Source of the DNA: Candidatus Iainarchaeum sp.
GTDB lineage: Archaea; Iainarchaeota; Iainarchaeia; Iainarchaeales; JAZDDZ01
Direction: 5' to 3'
DNA: 31,879 nt
Assembly (NCBI GenBank): GCA_043809245.1
Contig: JAZDDZ010000018.1
Span: forward strand, 1 to 31,879
Position numbers and translations under genes: made by a program. Below the pieces are notes generated by a model that searched no databases, was not told where the DNA came from, and saw only the letters and a program-made list of their open reading frames with translations. Below are positions 9,604-20,170 of this stretch, piece by piece; the stretch's first letter is position 1, and every line of letters starts with the position of its first letter.

Positions 9604-10491
9604 ATGAAGTGGAAGAGGCTGCTGTTAGGGCTGATTGGAATCGCCTTGTTTGCGTTCATCCTTTCAAGCATTGACCTCGCAAAGGTTGCGGAAGCGGTTC
9701 TTGGCGCGGAAAAACTTTTTCTTCTTCTAGCATTCTTCGCAATAATAATAAACCTGCTTGGAAGGGGCTGGAAGTTCGGCTTGGCAGCGGAATTTTACGG
9801 GGAAAAATTCACGTTAATGGATGCAACAAAAATTTTTTGCGCCGGCTCAATGATCGGCTTTCTCACGCCATTAAAGGCGGGAATACTTGCAAGGGCGTTT
9901 TACTTTAAGCAATTGAATCTCGCAAAAAGGATTGCGGCAATAGCGGTTGACAGGGCATCGGACATGATAGCTGTCGGGTTATGCGGCTTGGTTGGATTGG
10001 CTTTCTTTCCTTTGCTTGAAAAATTTTTCCTTGAAAAACTGCTGTTGCTTGCCGCGGTTGCCCTGGTTGGCGCGTGCGTTTTGTTTTTACTGCTGAAAAA
10101 GTTTTTCTGGAATTTTTTAACAGAACTGTTAAGCGTGCTGCATTCGCCTTTTTTTTCGCTTAAAATTTTTGGTTGGGGGGCAATCAATTTCCTCACAACT
10201 GTTATTGCGTATTTTTTTGTCGCAGCATCTTTGGGCGTGACTGTGCCTGTGCTTCCATTCTTGGCAATTGTTGCAGCGGTTCTGTTCATTGAATTGTTTC
10301 CAGTGACTTTCCTTGGATTGGGCACAAGGGAGGCCGGCCTCATCACGCTGCTTTCGCTTTACTCTGTTCCGGCTGAAACCGCGGTGGCGCTTTCACTGGT
10401 TTTTTTGTTCATCAATTATGCAACGCTTTCAGCCATTGCTTTGACGAAAATAATTGAAACCCCGCTGAAATGGATGGAAATTTTTCCCTAA
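9604..10491 (+). CDS. Flippase-like UPF0104 (lysylphosphatidylglycerol synthase TM-like) membrane protein
   Basis: Multi-TM; FLTPLKAG..R, DRASD and PVTFLGLGTREAG motifs. Confidence 0.85.
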   Translation: MKWKRLLLGLIGIALFAFILSSIDLAKVAEAVLGAEKLFLLLAFFAIIINLLGRGWKFGLAAEFYGEKFTLMDATKIFCAGSMIGFLTPLKAGILARAFYFKQLNLAKRIAAIAVDRASDMIAVGLCGLVGLAFFPLLEKFFLEKLLLLAAVALVGACVLFLLLKKFFWNFLTELLSVLHSPFFSLKIFGWGAINFLTTVIAYFFVAASLGVTVPVLPFLAIVAAVLFIELFPVTFLGLGTREAGLITLLSLYSVPAETAVALSLVFLFINYATLSAIALTKIIETPLKWMEIFP

Positions 10492-10493
10492 AA

Positions 10494-11159
10494 TCAGGCT
10501 GTTTTTTTCTCGCAGGAAAATGCTGTAAGGAGCTCTTCTTCGGATGCAAGGCCTTTGAACACTTTTTCCTCGTTGATTATGACTGAGGGTGCTGAGTCAA
10601 CGCCGAACAAGGATTTAAGCAAAGAGATTATTTCCAGGCCAGAGTCAACTGGCAAAGCGAATGTCCTGACATTGGAGCATTTTTCCCTTAACCCGTCAAG
10701 TATTTGCCCCTGCACCCAGCAGTCAGGGCAGGGGTCAGCGTCAAGGTAAAAGTAAAGGATTAAGGCGTCGTTTTTTTCGCATAATTTTTTCGCCTGCTTC
10801 ATGTACATGAACAATTGCGCGTTTGAAAGGAAATAGCTTTGTTTTACGCGTGAAATGTCCCCCAAGAAAACGCTGTCCTTTGTCTGGTCCAAGGACTTCA
10901 AAAGTTCAAGGTTTCGGTTGATTTGAGAGCCAATGCTTTTGTCTATCGCATTGCAGTACTCTTCGTTGCCGCTGAATGTCTGGCTGAATAAGCCAAGGGC
11001 ACGGGAGCTTTCCGCCTGGAGCTCGAGTTCCTGCACTCGCGACTGCATTTCGTTGATGCGGAAAACGTCAATCTGGTTTATCACGAAAAAGCCCGCGAGA
11101 ATGAAAAGGACTGACAAGGCCACTGCACGGAGGTAGTACTTGTTCATTTTTTTCACCAC
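10494..11159 (-). CDS. Membrane-anchored protein with C-terminal thioredoxin-like domain
   Basis: TM helix, coiled coil, CPDC CxxC, FGVDSAPSVIIN cis-Pro loop; start may be ATG 11147. Confidence 0.7.
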   Translation of the reverse strand: MVKKMNKYYLRAVALSVLFILAGFFVINQIDVFRINEMQSRVQELELQAESSRALGLFSQTFSGNEEYCNAIDKSIGSQINRNLELLKSLDQTKDSVFLGDISRVKQSYFLSNAQLFMYMKQAKKLCEKNDALILYFYLDADPCPDCWVQGQILDGLREKCSNVRTFALPVDSGLEIISLLKSLFGVDSAPSVIINEEKVFKGLASEEELLTAFSCEKKTA

Positions 11160-12439
11160 TTGTATTCCGAGCGATTGAGCTCGTTCAGGAAAGCGTAAAG
11201 CCAGACAAAGGCCACGCCGACCGAGTAAACGAATATGATAAATAGCATTGGGGGAATGTTTTTAAAAGAGATTTTCTGCTTTGCAATCACGAATGAAAAA
11301 TACGTGCTGAAAGCGAAAACGCATATCAGAACGAAGTAAAAGAAAAAAGCAGAGGAATTGATTATAACCACTGGCGCCTGAAGCACTGGAAAAGCGGAAA
11401 CCTTTGCCCATGCCAGCGCCATAAGGATGGCGTAACGCAGCGTGTCCACAAGCATTGCAGATATAACGAAGAAAACGAAAACCGAGGCAAAGTCCAGGAA
11501 AAACGTTATCGGAAAGCTGAAAGTGCCCAATGCACCGTACTCTTGGTTGAAGAGCATGTGCCTGTATTTCCAGGTGTTGTAAACCCTTCCCCTATACCAC
11601 CTTGTCCTCTGCTTCAGCCATTGCCTGATGCCCCTTGGAACCTCTGTGTAAATTGAAGCATTATGGCATGCGCGGATTTTGTACTTGCTTGCCTGAATCC
11701 GAAGCGCAATTTCCATGTCCTCTGTGATGTTTTCCTCGTCATAGCCGCCTGATTCAACAAGCATTTGCCTGCGGTAAAGGCACATTGGGCCAGGCGTGAC
11801 AAAAGCCGCGTTTATTATTGAAAGCATTGATTGGTAGAAGGCAAAGCCAATGAGGTATTCTATTTCCTGCACGCGCTGCAGGAAATTAGAGGGATTATGA
11901 ACACGAATCAGGCCTGTTACTGCGCCGACTTTTTTTTCCGCGAAAAGCGGCACCATTTTTTCAAGGCAGTCCTCGGAAGGATAAGTGTCGGAGTCAATGC
12001 ATGCGACAATTTCTCCCTTTGACTCTGCTATTGCGCGGTTAAGCGCGGCTGCCTTGCCGGAATTCTTTTTCTGCCTCAACAGCTTGATTCCTGAAATTTT
12101 TTTCAGAATCTCATAAGAGTTGTCAGTGCTTGCGTCGTCAACCACAATGACCTCTGTTTTTTTTGGGTAACGCATTGCCTTGCATGACTCAACGCATTTT
12201 TTCACTGTGGCTTCGCCGTTAAAGTTTGGAATGAGAATGGAAACAGTTGGCCATGGCTTGATTGTTTTATTCAGTTCGTCCTTGAAGTCATAGTAAATGA
12301 AGAAAAAAATGGAGCCAACGTAAAGGAAAATCAGGGTTAGGAGAACCATTGTCCAGTAAGGCGTAATTGTCTTCGCAAGGAGATAGGCAAATGCAACCAT
12401 GAAAACCAGGAAAAATATTACGCGGAGCCTTACTTTCAT
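11153..12439 (-). CDS. Processive GT2 glycosyltransferase (PgaC/IcaA/cellulose-synthase-like)
   Basis: DDASTD, GKAAALN, DSD, TED and QRTRW motifs with flanking TM helices. Confidence 0.92.
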   Translation of the reverse strand: MKVRLRVIFFLVFMVAFAYLLAKTITPYWTMVLLTLIFLYVGSIFFFIYYDFKDELNKTIKPWPTVSILIPNFNGEATVKKCVESCKAMRYPKKTEVIVVDDASTDNSYEILKKISGIKLLRQKKNSGKAAALNRAIAESKGEIVACIDSDTYPSEDCLEKMVPLFAEKKVGAVTGLIRVHNPSNFLQRVQEIEYLIGFAFYQSMLSIINAAFVTPGPMCLYRRQMLVESGGYDEENITEDMEIALRIQASKYKIRACHNASIYTEVPRGIRQWLKQRTRWYRGRVYNTWKYRHMLFNQEYGALGTFSFPITFFLDFASVFVFFVISAMLVDTLRYAILMALAWAKVSAFPVLQAPVVIINSSAFFFYFVLICVFAFSTYFSFVIAKQKISFKNIPPMLFIIFVYSVGVAFVWLYAFLNELNRSEYKW

Positions 12440-12501
12440 AGAAATAATTTAGTGCAGGACAAGCATTAAAAATTGTTTTAGTTGGAGGCGCATTTAGGCA
12501 T

Positions 12502-13761
12502 TTATTGCTGGGCGCCGCGCCAGACCTTCAAGGCATAGCTTTCCGGCTGTGGCCTGCATTTGCCTGATTTTAGGATAAGGAAGTCTTTGGCTTCAACGAA
12601 TTCAAAGCCGTAAAGCCCTGAAAAATCAAATTTCGTGTTCTTGGATATTGCTAGGCTGTAGCCTTCGCTTAAAAAGTACTGGAATGCATCGCTTCCAGGC
12701 AATGGCTCCGCAACAATTCCTTTCGGGTAAAACAAAACCCATTGGTCGCTCATTACCGCGCATTCCCTGATGAAATCGTTTGATGGAATTTCCTTTACGC
12801 CACCGCCTGAAAGAAAATAACCCCCTGTTGTCAAAGCAAACACTGCAATGAAAATCACAAGAAGCAGGGCGAAAAGCCCGCGATATTTTTTGCTTTCATC
12901 GGTTTCGCGTGAAATCATTTCCGCCTGCGCCGGAACAGCGGCGTTAAAGAAACGCAGTTCCTTTATGCTGATTGCCGCGAACTGGAGAAGCCCTATGAGG
13001 GAAAGCTGCACCGTGCCCGAAGAAAGGTTTTTTCTCAGGCCAGTCAGGCAAACCGCAATGATGAAGAAAGCTGCAACCGCAATTGCCTCCAATGACCATC
13101 CGCCCGCCAAGCCCTTTTGGATGACATTCAGGTAAAGCATTTCATCCAGGCTGAAAAAAGCGTTGCCTGTTTCAGCAAAATTGAACCAGAGCCACGGCAG
13201 CCAAAGGAGGAAAGCGGGCAAAGCGAACTTTGCCCATTCCTTTGGCTTTAGTTTCAGTTGGTAAAGCAGCACTACTGCGAAAAGAAAGTAATTGTAGCGT
13301 GAAAGCGTTGCAAGGCCGTAAAAAAATCCTTTCTTCCAGGGGGAATCAATTGCAAGCGCCAAAAGGAAAAAAGAAAGCGCCAAGACATCGCTTCCCACAT
13401 CCATCAAAATTGTCGGGAAAAGGAAGGCAAAGGCAGCGAAAAGCGGCTGGTTAATTGCCTGTGTTTTCTTTAACTTGTTGTAAAGGAAAAGTGTTGCTGC
13501 AAGGTAAAGGAAGCCGGAAAAAAGCTGTGAAATCATTGTGGAATAATTCCCTGCACCGCTCAGGCAGTTAATCACTCCGGGCAACGGCGCGCGCAGGAAT
13601 TCAAGGTAAATTTTTTGCCCGCAGAACCATTTTCCCTGGAAAAGGTAAGCGATTGGGTCCCATGGCACAAGTGCAGCGTAAAAAACGTGCACTAAAATAA
13701 ACGGAACAAAGAAAGCGAAAATGAATTTGTATTCCAAAAGCAGTGATTTAACTGGTTTCAT
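12502..13761 (-). CDS. Polytopic membrane protein, GT-C (PMT-like) glycosyltransferase-like
   Basis: WD after TM1, RAPL loop, SD..A, LATLSRY, ELRFF pattern typical of GT-C fold proteins. Confidence 0.65.
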   Translation of the reverse strand: MKPVKSLLLEYKFIFAFFVPFILVHVFYAALVPWDPIAYLFQGKWFCGQKIYLEFLRAPLPGVINCLSGAGNYSTMISQLFSGFLYLAATLFLYNKLKKTQAINQPLFAAFAFLFPTILMDVGSDVLALSFFLLALAIDSPWKKGFFYGLATLSRYNYFLFAVVLLYQLKLKPKEWAKFALPAFLLWLPWLWFNFAETGNAFFSLDEMLYLNVIQKGLAGGWSLEAIAVAAFFIIAVCLTGLRKNLSSGTVQLSLIGLLQFAAISIKELRFFNAAVPAQAEMISRETDESKKYRGLFALLLVIFIAVFALTTGGYFLSGGGVKEIPSNDFIRECAVMSDQWVLFYPKGIVAEPLPGSDAFQYFLSEGYSLAISKNTKFDFSGLYGFEFVEAKDFLILKSGKCRPQPESYALKVWRGAQQ

Positions 13762-13820
13762 TCAAATAAGGAAAAGCAGAAAAAAATATAAAAGAAAGAA
13801 AAAGGGAAAAAAGGGAATGT

Positions 13821-15476
13821 TTACATTCCCATGTCGCCCATTCCGCCCATTCCCGGGGGCATTCCGCCTCCGCCTTTCATGCCGCCGCCTTTGCTGCTTC
13901 CCGCAATGATGTCGTCAATGCGCAAAAGCATTTCAGCGACCTCGGAAGCCGAGGTGATTGCCTGCGTTTTGATGCTCAACGGCTCTATGACCTTGTTTGT
14001 TTTCATGTTCTCTATTTTTCCGCTGTAGACGTTGATGCCAAAGTACTTTCCTTCCTTGCCTGCGTGCTTTGACCTCATGGACACAAGCGTGTCAATTGAG
14101 TCAAGGCCTGCTGTTTCAGCAAGAGTTTTGGGAATTATTTCCAGGGTTTCAGCGAAAGCCTCTATTGCCAGCTGCTCCCTGCCTCCGACTGTTTTCGCGA
14201 ATTCCTTGAGGCGCATTGCAACCTCCATGTCGGAAGAGCCTCCGCCTGTAACGATTTTTCCGTTTTTCAAAGCCGATGAGACTGCTCCGATTGCGTCGTG
14301 AACCGCCCTCTCTGCTTCGTCGACAACGTGTTCCGAGCCGCCCCTTACAAGCAGTGAAACCGCTTTCGGGTTTTTGCAGCCCTCAACGAAAACCATCTGG
14401 TCACCTGCAATCTTTCTTTCGATTACAAGGTCTGCTTTTCCAAGGTCTTCTTTTGATAGGTCCTGGGTTCTTGTGACAACTTTTGCGCCGGTTGCCCTTG
14501 CAAGTGCATCCATGTCTGATTTCTTTGCCCTGCGGACAGCTGAGATGCCTTCCTTTGCAAGGAAGTGCTGCGCCAAATCGTCAATGCCTTTCTGGCAGAT
14601 GACAAAGTTTGCGCCGGACTGCTTTATTTTTTCAACCATTTTTTTGAGCATTGCCTCTTCCTGGTCAAGGAAAGACTGCAGTTGGTCCGGAGAGGTTATT
14701 GAAATCTTTGCGTCTGTCTCAGTTTCCTTGATTTCAAGCGCGGAGTCAATCAAGGCGATTTTCGCGTTCTCGATTTTTTTAGGCATTCCCGCGTGCACAA
14801 TCTCCTTGTCCACTACAATGCCTTTCACCATTTCGGAATCTGAAAGAGATGCGCCGACTTTTTTCTCTATTTTTATGTTCTCCATGTCAACGGTTATCTT
14901 GCCTTTCTCGTCCTCTTGCGCGACCTGCTTTACAGCGTTAACTACAATGTTTGCAAGCTCTTCCGCGGCCTCTGCGCTTTTGCCTGTCATTGAAGTCAAT
15001 GCAATGTCCTTCAGTGTTTTTGTGTCGCTGAATGAAATCTCATCCGCAATAGAGGAATACAGTTCCTTTGCCTTTTTCGCGGCCTGCCTGTAGCCCTTGA
15101 TTATGATTGAAGGGTGGATTTCGTCATCCAAAAGCTTTTCGGCTTTCCCCAAAAGGCCGCCTGCAATTACCACTGCAGTGGTTGTTCCGTCTCCAACCTC
15201 GTCGTCCTGTGTTTTTGCAACCTCAACCATCATTTTTCCCGCCGGATGGTCTATAGCCATTTCCTGCAGGATTGTTGCACCGTCGTTGCTGATAGTGATG
15301 TCGCCCAGGTCATCAACCAACATTTTGTCCATTCCCTTTGGACCCAAAGTGCTTCTCACCGCGTTTGCCACTGCCTTTGCAATCAAAATGTTTATTCTCT
15401 GGGCGTCCCTGCCCCTGTATCTCTTTGTGCCCTCGGTTAAGAAAATTACGGGCTGCCCGACTCCATCCTGTGCCAT
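13821..15476 (-). CDS. ths: Thermosome (group II chaperonin) subunit
   Basis: [20 protein letters not shown]-repeat C-terminal tail. Confidence 0.97.
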   Translation of the reverse strand: MAQDGVGQPVIFLTEGTKRYRGRDAQRINILIAKAVANAVRSTLGPKGMDKMLVDDLGDITISNDGATILQEMAIDHPAGKMMVEVAKTQDDEVGDGTTTAVVIAGGLLGKAEKLLDDEIHPSIIIKGYRQAAKKAKELYSSIADEISFSDTKTLKDIALTSMTGKSAEAAEELANIVVNAVKQVAQEDEKGKITVDMENIKIEKKVGASLSDSEMVKGIVVDKEIVHAGMPKKIENAKIALIDSALEIKETETDAKISITSPDQLQSFLDQEEAMLKKMVEKIKQSGANFVICQKGIDDLAQHFLAKEGISAVRRAKKSDMDALARATGAKVVTRTQDLSKEDLGKADLVIERKIAGDQMVFVEGCKNPKAVSLLVRGGSEHVVDEAERAVHDAIGAVSSALKNGKIVTGGGSSDMEVAMRLKEFAKTVGGREQLAIEAFAETLEIIPKTLAETAGLDSIDTLVSMRSKHAGKEGKYFGINVYSGKIENMKTNKVIEPLSIKTQAITSASEVAEMLLRIDDIIAGSSKGGGMKGGGGMPPGMGGMGDMGM

Positions 15477-15659
15477 GAAATTACACCTCCAATTATAGCC
15501 TAAATAACGAATTTTACGTTTAAAATAGGATAAAATATTGATGGATATAAATGTTTAAAAGCCTTGTTATTTTTGGATGGATATGCATGCAAAGGCAGCA
15601 TTTTTCTTAATGCGGCAAAAAACAATATGTTTAAATTCTGTAATTTACAGAATTTGTGC

Positions 15660-16022
15660 ATGGCTGGGCTTTTCGCGAAAACCCTTTCAAAAGAAGCAGT
15701 CACCAATATCAATAAACAATTCACAGATGGCTCAATTAGAAGTGATGCCGAGATTGATTTCGTTGTCTTTAAAGCGGCAAACACAAGGGGCATTGACAGG
15801 AAGGCGGCAACTTTGTTGCTGGAAATTGCAAGAAGGCATCCTTTCGTTGACGGCAACAAAAGGACGGCATTTGAATCCATGCTTGCTTTCCTTGAACTGA
15901 ACGGCAAAAAATTGGATGTGGGGGAAACATCACGTTTCAATATTGTAGTATGGTCTGTCAAGCCAAAAACAGGCATTGAAGAAATTGTGACCTGGATAGC
16001 AAACCACACAAGGGGGAAGTGA
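15660..16022 (+). CDS. Doc-type Fic-domain toxin
   Basis: HPFVDGNKRTA Doc motif; ATG 15660 gives a typical 120-aa length. Confidence 0.88.
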   Translation: MAGLFAKTLSKEAVTNINKQFTDGSIRSDAEIDFVVFKAANTRGIDRKAATLLLEIARRHPFVDGNKRTAFESMLAFLELNGKKLDVGETSRFNIVVWSVKPKTGIEEIVTWIANHTRGK

Positions 16023-16023
16023 A

Positions 16024-16152
16024 ATGAAGGAAATTAAAATAAAGGGAAAAAGAGAGCCAATCACTATGGCTGAATGGAAGGACATAAAGGATATAGTAAA
16101 GGCGCATTTGAAAGAGTACAAGGATTTTTACGAAGAGCTTGCGGAATTATAG
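16024..16152 (+). CDS. 42-aa putative Doc antitoxin peptide (not in ORF track)
   Basis: Manual translation MKEIKIKGKREPITMAEWKDIKDIVKAHLKEYKDFYEELAEL*; starts 1 bp after the doc stop; amphipathic acidic C-terminal helix. Confidence 0.7.
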   Translation: MKEIKIKGKREPITMAEWKDIKDIVKAHLKEYKDFYEELAEL

Positions 16153-16174
16153 CTGCGCAAAGCAGTTCACCCGC

Positions 16175-17449
16175 TTATTTTTCAATCGATATCTCTGTTA
16201 ATGTCTGGCTTTTTTCAAGCGCCTGCTTTCCCGTGGTCTGGGCTCCGCCTTTTTTTTCGTATGCAAAGACGCCATAGGTTGTCACGAGGTTTGAGAGCAG
16301 TATTACAAGGAATGCGAGCTGGGTTATCTGCATGAATTCCGGCTTTAATGGAATGTTTAATGTGAGGGGATAGGTTGCAAGCACTGCAGCGGCAAGGCCT
16401 CGTGCTGTCATCACGGAGATGATGCCGTTGTCTTTCCTTATCCTTTCATCGAAGTAGGAGAAAATTGTTGTGGAAATGAATCTTGCCGCGAGAAGCGCGA
16501 GCATTAACGCGATTGCGACAAGCAGCAGGGTCAGCGAGAATTGCTGCACTTCGAAAATTATGCCCAGGTAAACGAAGAAAAAGGTCACAATGAAGAAGGA
16601 TATCTCGGACTGGAATATTTTCACGTTAACGCTTATCTGGCTTTCCTTCATTCTAAGCATTTTGGTTATCTCCATTGCATTGCCCAGAATTATTCCGAAT
16701 ACAAGTGCGGCGATTGCGCCGTTGCCTTTAGCGAATTCAACTACAACGTAAAGGATGAATAGGACCGCAATTGTTAGGAGGTACTGGTATTGCCTTGTTG
16801 AGGGATAATCCCTTAATAACTTGAGCCACAAGAGTGCAAAAATCGAGCCGAGCACAGCCGCGATTGCGAACGCGCCTAAAATGTTCTGGGTTATTACCTG
16901 CAAATCAATGTTTTTTGAAATCACCAATTGCATTACCGCGATTGCAACGATAACGCATAAAGCGTCGGTCATCGCGGATTCAAGGCTTAAAAGCGTCCTG
17001 GTTTCATCAGCAGACTTAAGCTTGGCTACAAGCGGCACTACTACAACCGAACTTGTTCCACCGATAACTGCGCCGAAAAAAATTCCTGTCAGCAAATCCC
17101 AGCCCAATGCAAAAGTGATTATTGTCGTGAACCCAACGCTTAGAACGAAAACCATCAGGGTGAAGGAAGTTGCCCTGCTTAACTCCCTTAAAACCTTGTA
17201 AAAGTTTAAGTGCAGGCCGCCCTCGAACAAAAGGAAAATCAATGCAAGCGTTGCAAAGAAAGGAGTCAGGCCCTTGAACAAGAGGATTGTGGGCGCGGGA
17301 ATTATTCCAAGCAATGGGCCTGCAAGAAGCCCAATGAGCATTAAAAGAATGAAGTGCGATATCTTGGTTTTTTCAAAGAAAATCTGGGTAATGAAGCCCG
17401 CGAAAATAATGACTGCTATGAAAAAGAATGCGGAAATAACTTCAACCAT
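16175..17449 (-). CDS. CPA1 (NhaP-type) cation:proton antiporter
   Basis: LLFEGG, GTSSVVV, LSLESAMTD, FFFVYLG and ARGLAAAVLA motifs; multiple TM helices. Confidence 0.92.
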   Translation of the reverse strand: MVEVISAFFFIAVIIFAGFITQIFFEKTKISHFILLMLIGLLAGPLLGIIPAPTILLFKGLTPFFATLALIFLLFEGGLHLNFYKVLRELSRATSFTLMVFVLSVGFTTIITFALGWDLLTGIFFGAVIGGTSSVVVVPLVAKLKSADETRTLLSLESAMTDALCVIVAIAVMQLVISKNIDLQVITQNILGAFAIAAVLGSIFALLWLKLLRDYPSTRQYQYLLTIAVLFILYVVVEFAKGNGAIAALVFGIILGNAMEITKMLRMKESQISVNVKIFQSEISFFIVTFFFVYLGIIFEVQQFSLTLLLVAIALMLALLAARFISTTIFSYFDERIRKDNGIISVMTARGLAAAVLATYPLTLNIPLKPEFMQITQLAFLVILLSNLVTTYGVFAYEKKGGAQTTGKQALEKSQTLTEISIEK

Positions 17450-17574
17450 TTCAATCCCACTAAAGGAAGGAAGATGATATTATTAAGGATTTCTCTGGCA
17501 ATTGCCCCTGCCACTGTTTTTTCCTTTTATAAATACCTTTTAATAATTGTCTGGATTTTATTATTTTGGTTTTA

Positions 17575-18906
17575 ATGTATAAGGCGATTTATTTCTATTA
17601 TCTTGATGGGAAGCCCATAGTTGACGCTTCGTTTAAAAAGATTGGCGTGCTTCACGATTTGGTTATCGCTGACGGCGTTGAAAGGGCTGAAGTGCTTGCG
17701 CTTGTGTTCGTTTCAGGCGGAGTGCGAAAGAAAATTGAATGGCGGTTTGTTGAAAGCATTGAGCACCAGGTGTTCCTTAACGCGGGAATACAGGAAATTC
17801 CAATTCAGGACGTGAATGAAAACGATTTGCTTGTGAGGGAAATCCTCCTTGACAAGCAATTGGTTGACGTTGACGGGTTAAAGGTTGTCAGGGTTAACGA
17901 CCTGATTCTCGTCAAGGAAGAGGGAAAGTTCTGGATTACGGGAGTTGGAGTAGGCACAAGGGGATTCATTCGGCGCCTTGGCCTGGAAAAAAGGCTTTGG
18001 CATGTGATAAGCAGGCTCAAGGAAATAATTATTCCCTGGCAGAACGTTGACCCCCTTGACCCGAAGTCAAGCATCAAGCTAAAGGTGTCGCGAACAAAGC
18101 TCTCGGAGGTTCACCCTGCTGACCTGGCTGACATGATGGATTCAATGACTGCCACAGAACGGTCAATTATATTTGAATCATTGGATGAAAAAAAGGCAGC
18201 TGCAACCCTTGCACAGGCAAAGCCCGCGGTCCAGAAAACGCTTGTAAGGGGCGCAAAGGCAAAGCAGATTGAAAACGCCATAAGAAAAATGCAGACCGAT
18301 GAAATTGTTGACTTGGTGCAGCTTGTTTCAAGGGAAGACGGCGCAAGGCTCTTGAATGCAATTGACCCGAAAATAGCCGTCCAGGTGAAAAAGCTTCTCA
18401 CATACTCCAAGGAATCCGCTGGAAGCCTGATGACAACAACTTTTATCTCCATTCCAAAGAACTTCACAGCCCAGCAGACCATTGACCACTTGAGAAAAAC
18501 ACTGCAGGACTTCCACCGCACTTACTACATTTATGTCATAGATGAGGAAAACCATTTGGTTGGCTCGATTTCGCTGAGGAAACTCATCATCACCGCGCCG
18601 GAAAAAACAATCGGGGAATTCATGGATGAAAAAATCGTAAACGTTAAAGTTGACGAGGAAATAGAGAATGTTGCAAAGCTTTTCTCGAAATACAAGCTGC
18701 TTGCATTGCCGGTTGTTGACTCGGAAAACAGGCTGATTGGAAGCATCACTGTTGACGACGTGTTCAGTGAAATAATTCCGGATGATGTTGAAAAAAGAAA
18801 GGTAAGGCACAAGCCGAAAAGGCACAGGCACAACGCAATGCATAAAATGCAGGTGGAAAAAAACGCAATAAACAGTGAGCAAGATGTGGCAGGCACTAAA
18901 GCTTAG
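17575..18906 (+). CDS. Soluble MgtE-like protein (PRC-barrel-like region + MgtE N-domain + CBS pair), no TM domain
   Basis: LLDKQLVDVDGLKVVRVND, HPADLAD, SAGSLMT, LLALPVVD...ITVDD. Confidence 0.88.
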   Translation: MYKAIYFYYLDGKPIVDASFKKIGVLHDLVIADGVERAEVLALVFVSGGVRKKIEWRFVESIEHQVFLNAGIQEIPIQDVNENDLLVREILLDKQLVDVDGLKVVRVNDLILVKEEGKFWITGVGVGTRGFIRRLGLEKRLWHVISRLKEIIIPWQNVDPLDPKSSIKLKVSRTKLSEVHPADLADMMDSMTATERSIIFESLDEKKAAATLAQAKPAVQKTLVRGAKAKQIENAIRKMQTDEIVDLVQLVSREDGARLLNAIDPKIAVQVKKLLTYSKESAGSLMTTTFISIPKNFTAQQTIDHLRKTLQDFHRTYYIYVIDEENHLVGSISLRKLIITAPEKTIGEFMDEKIVNVKVDEEIENVAKLFSKYKLLALPVVDSENRLIGSITVDDVFSEIIPDDVEKRKVRHKPKRHRHNAMHKMQVEKNAINSEQDVAGTKA

Positions 18907-20152
18907 GTGGAAGTCATTCCTGATTTTCCTGGCAGTACTCGGCCCCGGGATAATAACGGCGGCAGTTGACAATGACGCACCGGGCATTGCAACATATTCA
19001 ATTGCAGGGGCAACATTCGAATTCAATCTTTTATGGTCCCTGGTTCCAATAATGATTTTGCTAATCATAATACAGGAAATGTGCATAAGGATGGGCATTG
19101 TCACAGGCAAAGGGCTTTCCGACCTGATAAGGGAAAAGTTCGGCGTAAAAATAACCTTTATTCTGGTTGTCGGGCTTTTCATCACAAACTTCGGCAACGT
19201 AATTGCGGAATTCGCGGGAATAGCCGCGAGCTCGCAGCTTTTCGCGGCAAGCTCCAATTTTCTGGTTGGAAGCATCCAGTTCCTTGTCGTGCCCTTGTGC
19301 GCGATATTCATCTGGCTTCTAGTGGTTCAGGGAAACTATAAAAGCGTGGAAAAGGCATTCCTTGCCGCAACGCTTTTTTATTTCTCCTATGTTCTCGCGG
19401 GAATAATGGCTGCGCCTGACTGGATGGAGGTTGCCTCGAAAACAATCGCGCCGACAATTGAGTTCTCGCATGAATACCTTTTGCTTTTTGTAGGGCTTGT
19501 TGGAACAACGATTGCGCCGTGGATGCAGTTTTATTTGCAGGCCGCGGTTGTGGAAAAAGGCGTGAAAAAAGAGGAATTGAAGTTCTCGCGCGCAGACGTT
19601 GTCCTCGGGTCATTGGTCACGATTGTTGTCGCTTTCTTTATTATAGTGACAACGGCTTCCACTCTTTTCAAGAACGGCGTGAGAATTGAGACCGCGGCTG
19701 ACGCGGCAAGCGCCTTGGCTCCACTGGCTGGAGTTTACGCTTCATATCTTTTTTCCTTTGGATTATTCATTGCCGCTCTTTTTGCCGCGGCAATTCTTCC
19801 CCTTTCAACCGCGTTCGTTGTGTGCGAAAGCTTTGGATGGGATTCGGGAATAGACAGGAGGTTCAGGGAAGCGCCTGAGTTTTACACGATTTTCACTGCG
19901 CTCATTGTTTTGGGCGCGGTAATCGTGCTTTTGCCAGGCATACCCATAATTCCAATAATGCTTTTCTCGCAGGTTCTAAACGGAATACTGCTGCCCTTTG
20001 TGCTTATTTTCATGCTGTTGCTGATAAACGACAAAAAATTGATGGGAGAGCACACAAACAGCAAATTATTCAACGTGATTGCCTGGGCTTCATCCGCGTT
20101 CCTCATCATACTCTCAATAATCCTTGTGGCAAGCACGCTTGCAATGGTTTGA
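18884..20152 (+). CDS. Nramp-related divalent metal transporter
   Basis: GPGII..VDNDAPGI, QEMCIRMGIVTGKGL, GTTIAPW; overlaps the upstream MgtE-like gene. Confidence 0.9.
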   Translation: MWQALKLRWKSFLIFLAVLGPGIITAAVDNDAPGIATYSIAGATFEFNLLWSLVPIMILLIIIQEMCIRMGIVTGKGLSDLIREKFGVKITFILVVGLFITNFGNVIAEFAGIAASSQLFAASSNFLVGSIQFLVVPLCAIFIWLLVVQGNYKSVEKAFLAATLFYFSYVLAGIMAAPDWMEVASKTIAPTIEFSHEYLLLFVGLVGTTIAPWMQFYLQAAVVEKGVKKEELKFSRADVVLGSLVTIVVAFFIIVTTASTLFKNGVRIETAADAASALAPLAGVYASYLFSFGLFIAALFAAAILPLSTAFVVCESFGWDSGIDRRFREAPEFYTIFTALIVLGAVIVLLPGIPIIPIMLFSQVLNGILLPFVLIFMLLLINDKKLMGEHTNSKLFNVIAWASSAFLIILSIILVASTLAMV

Positions 20153-20170
20153 TTGGCTTTTTTTGCGCTT

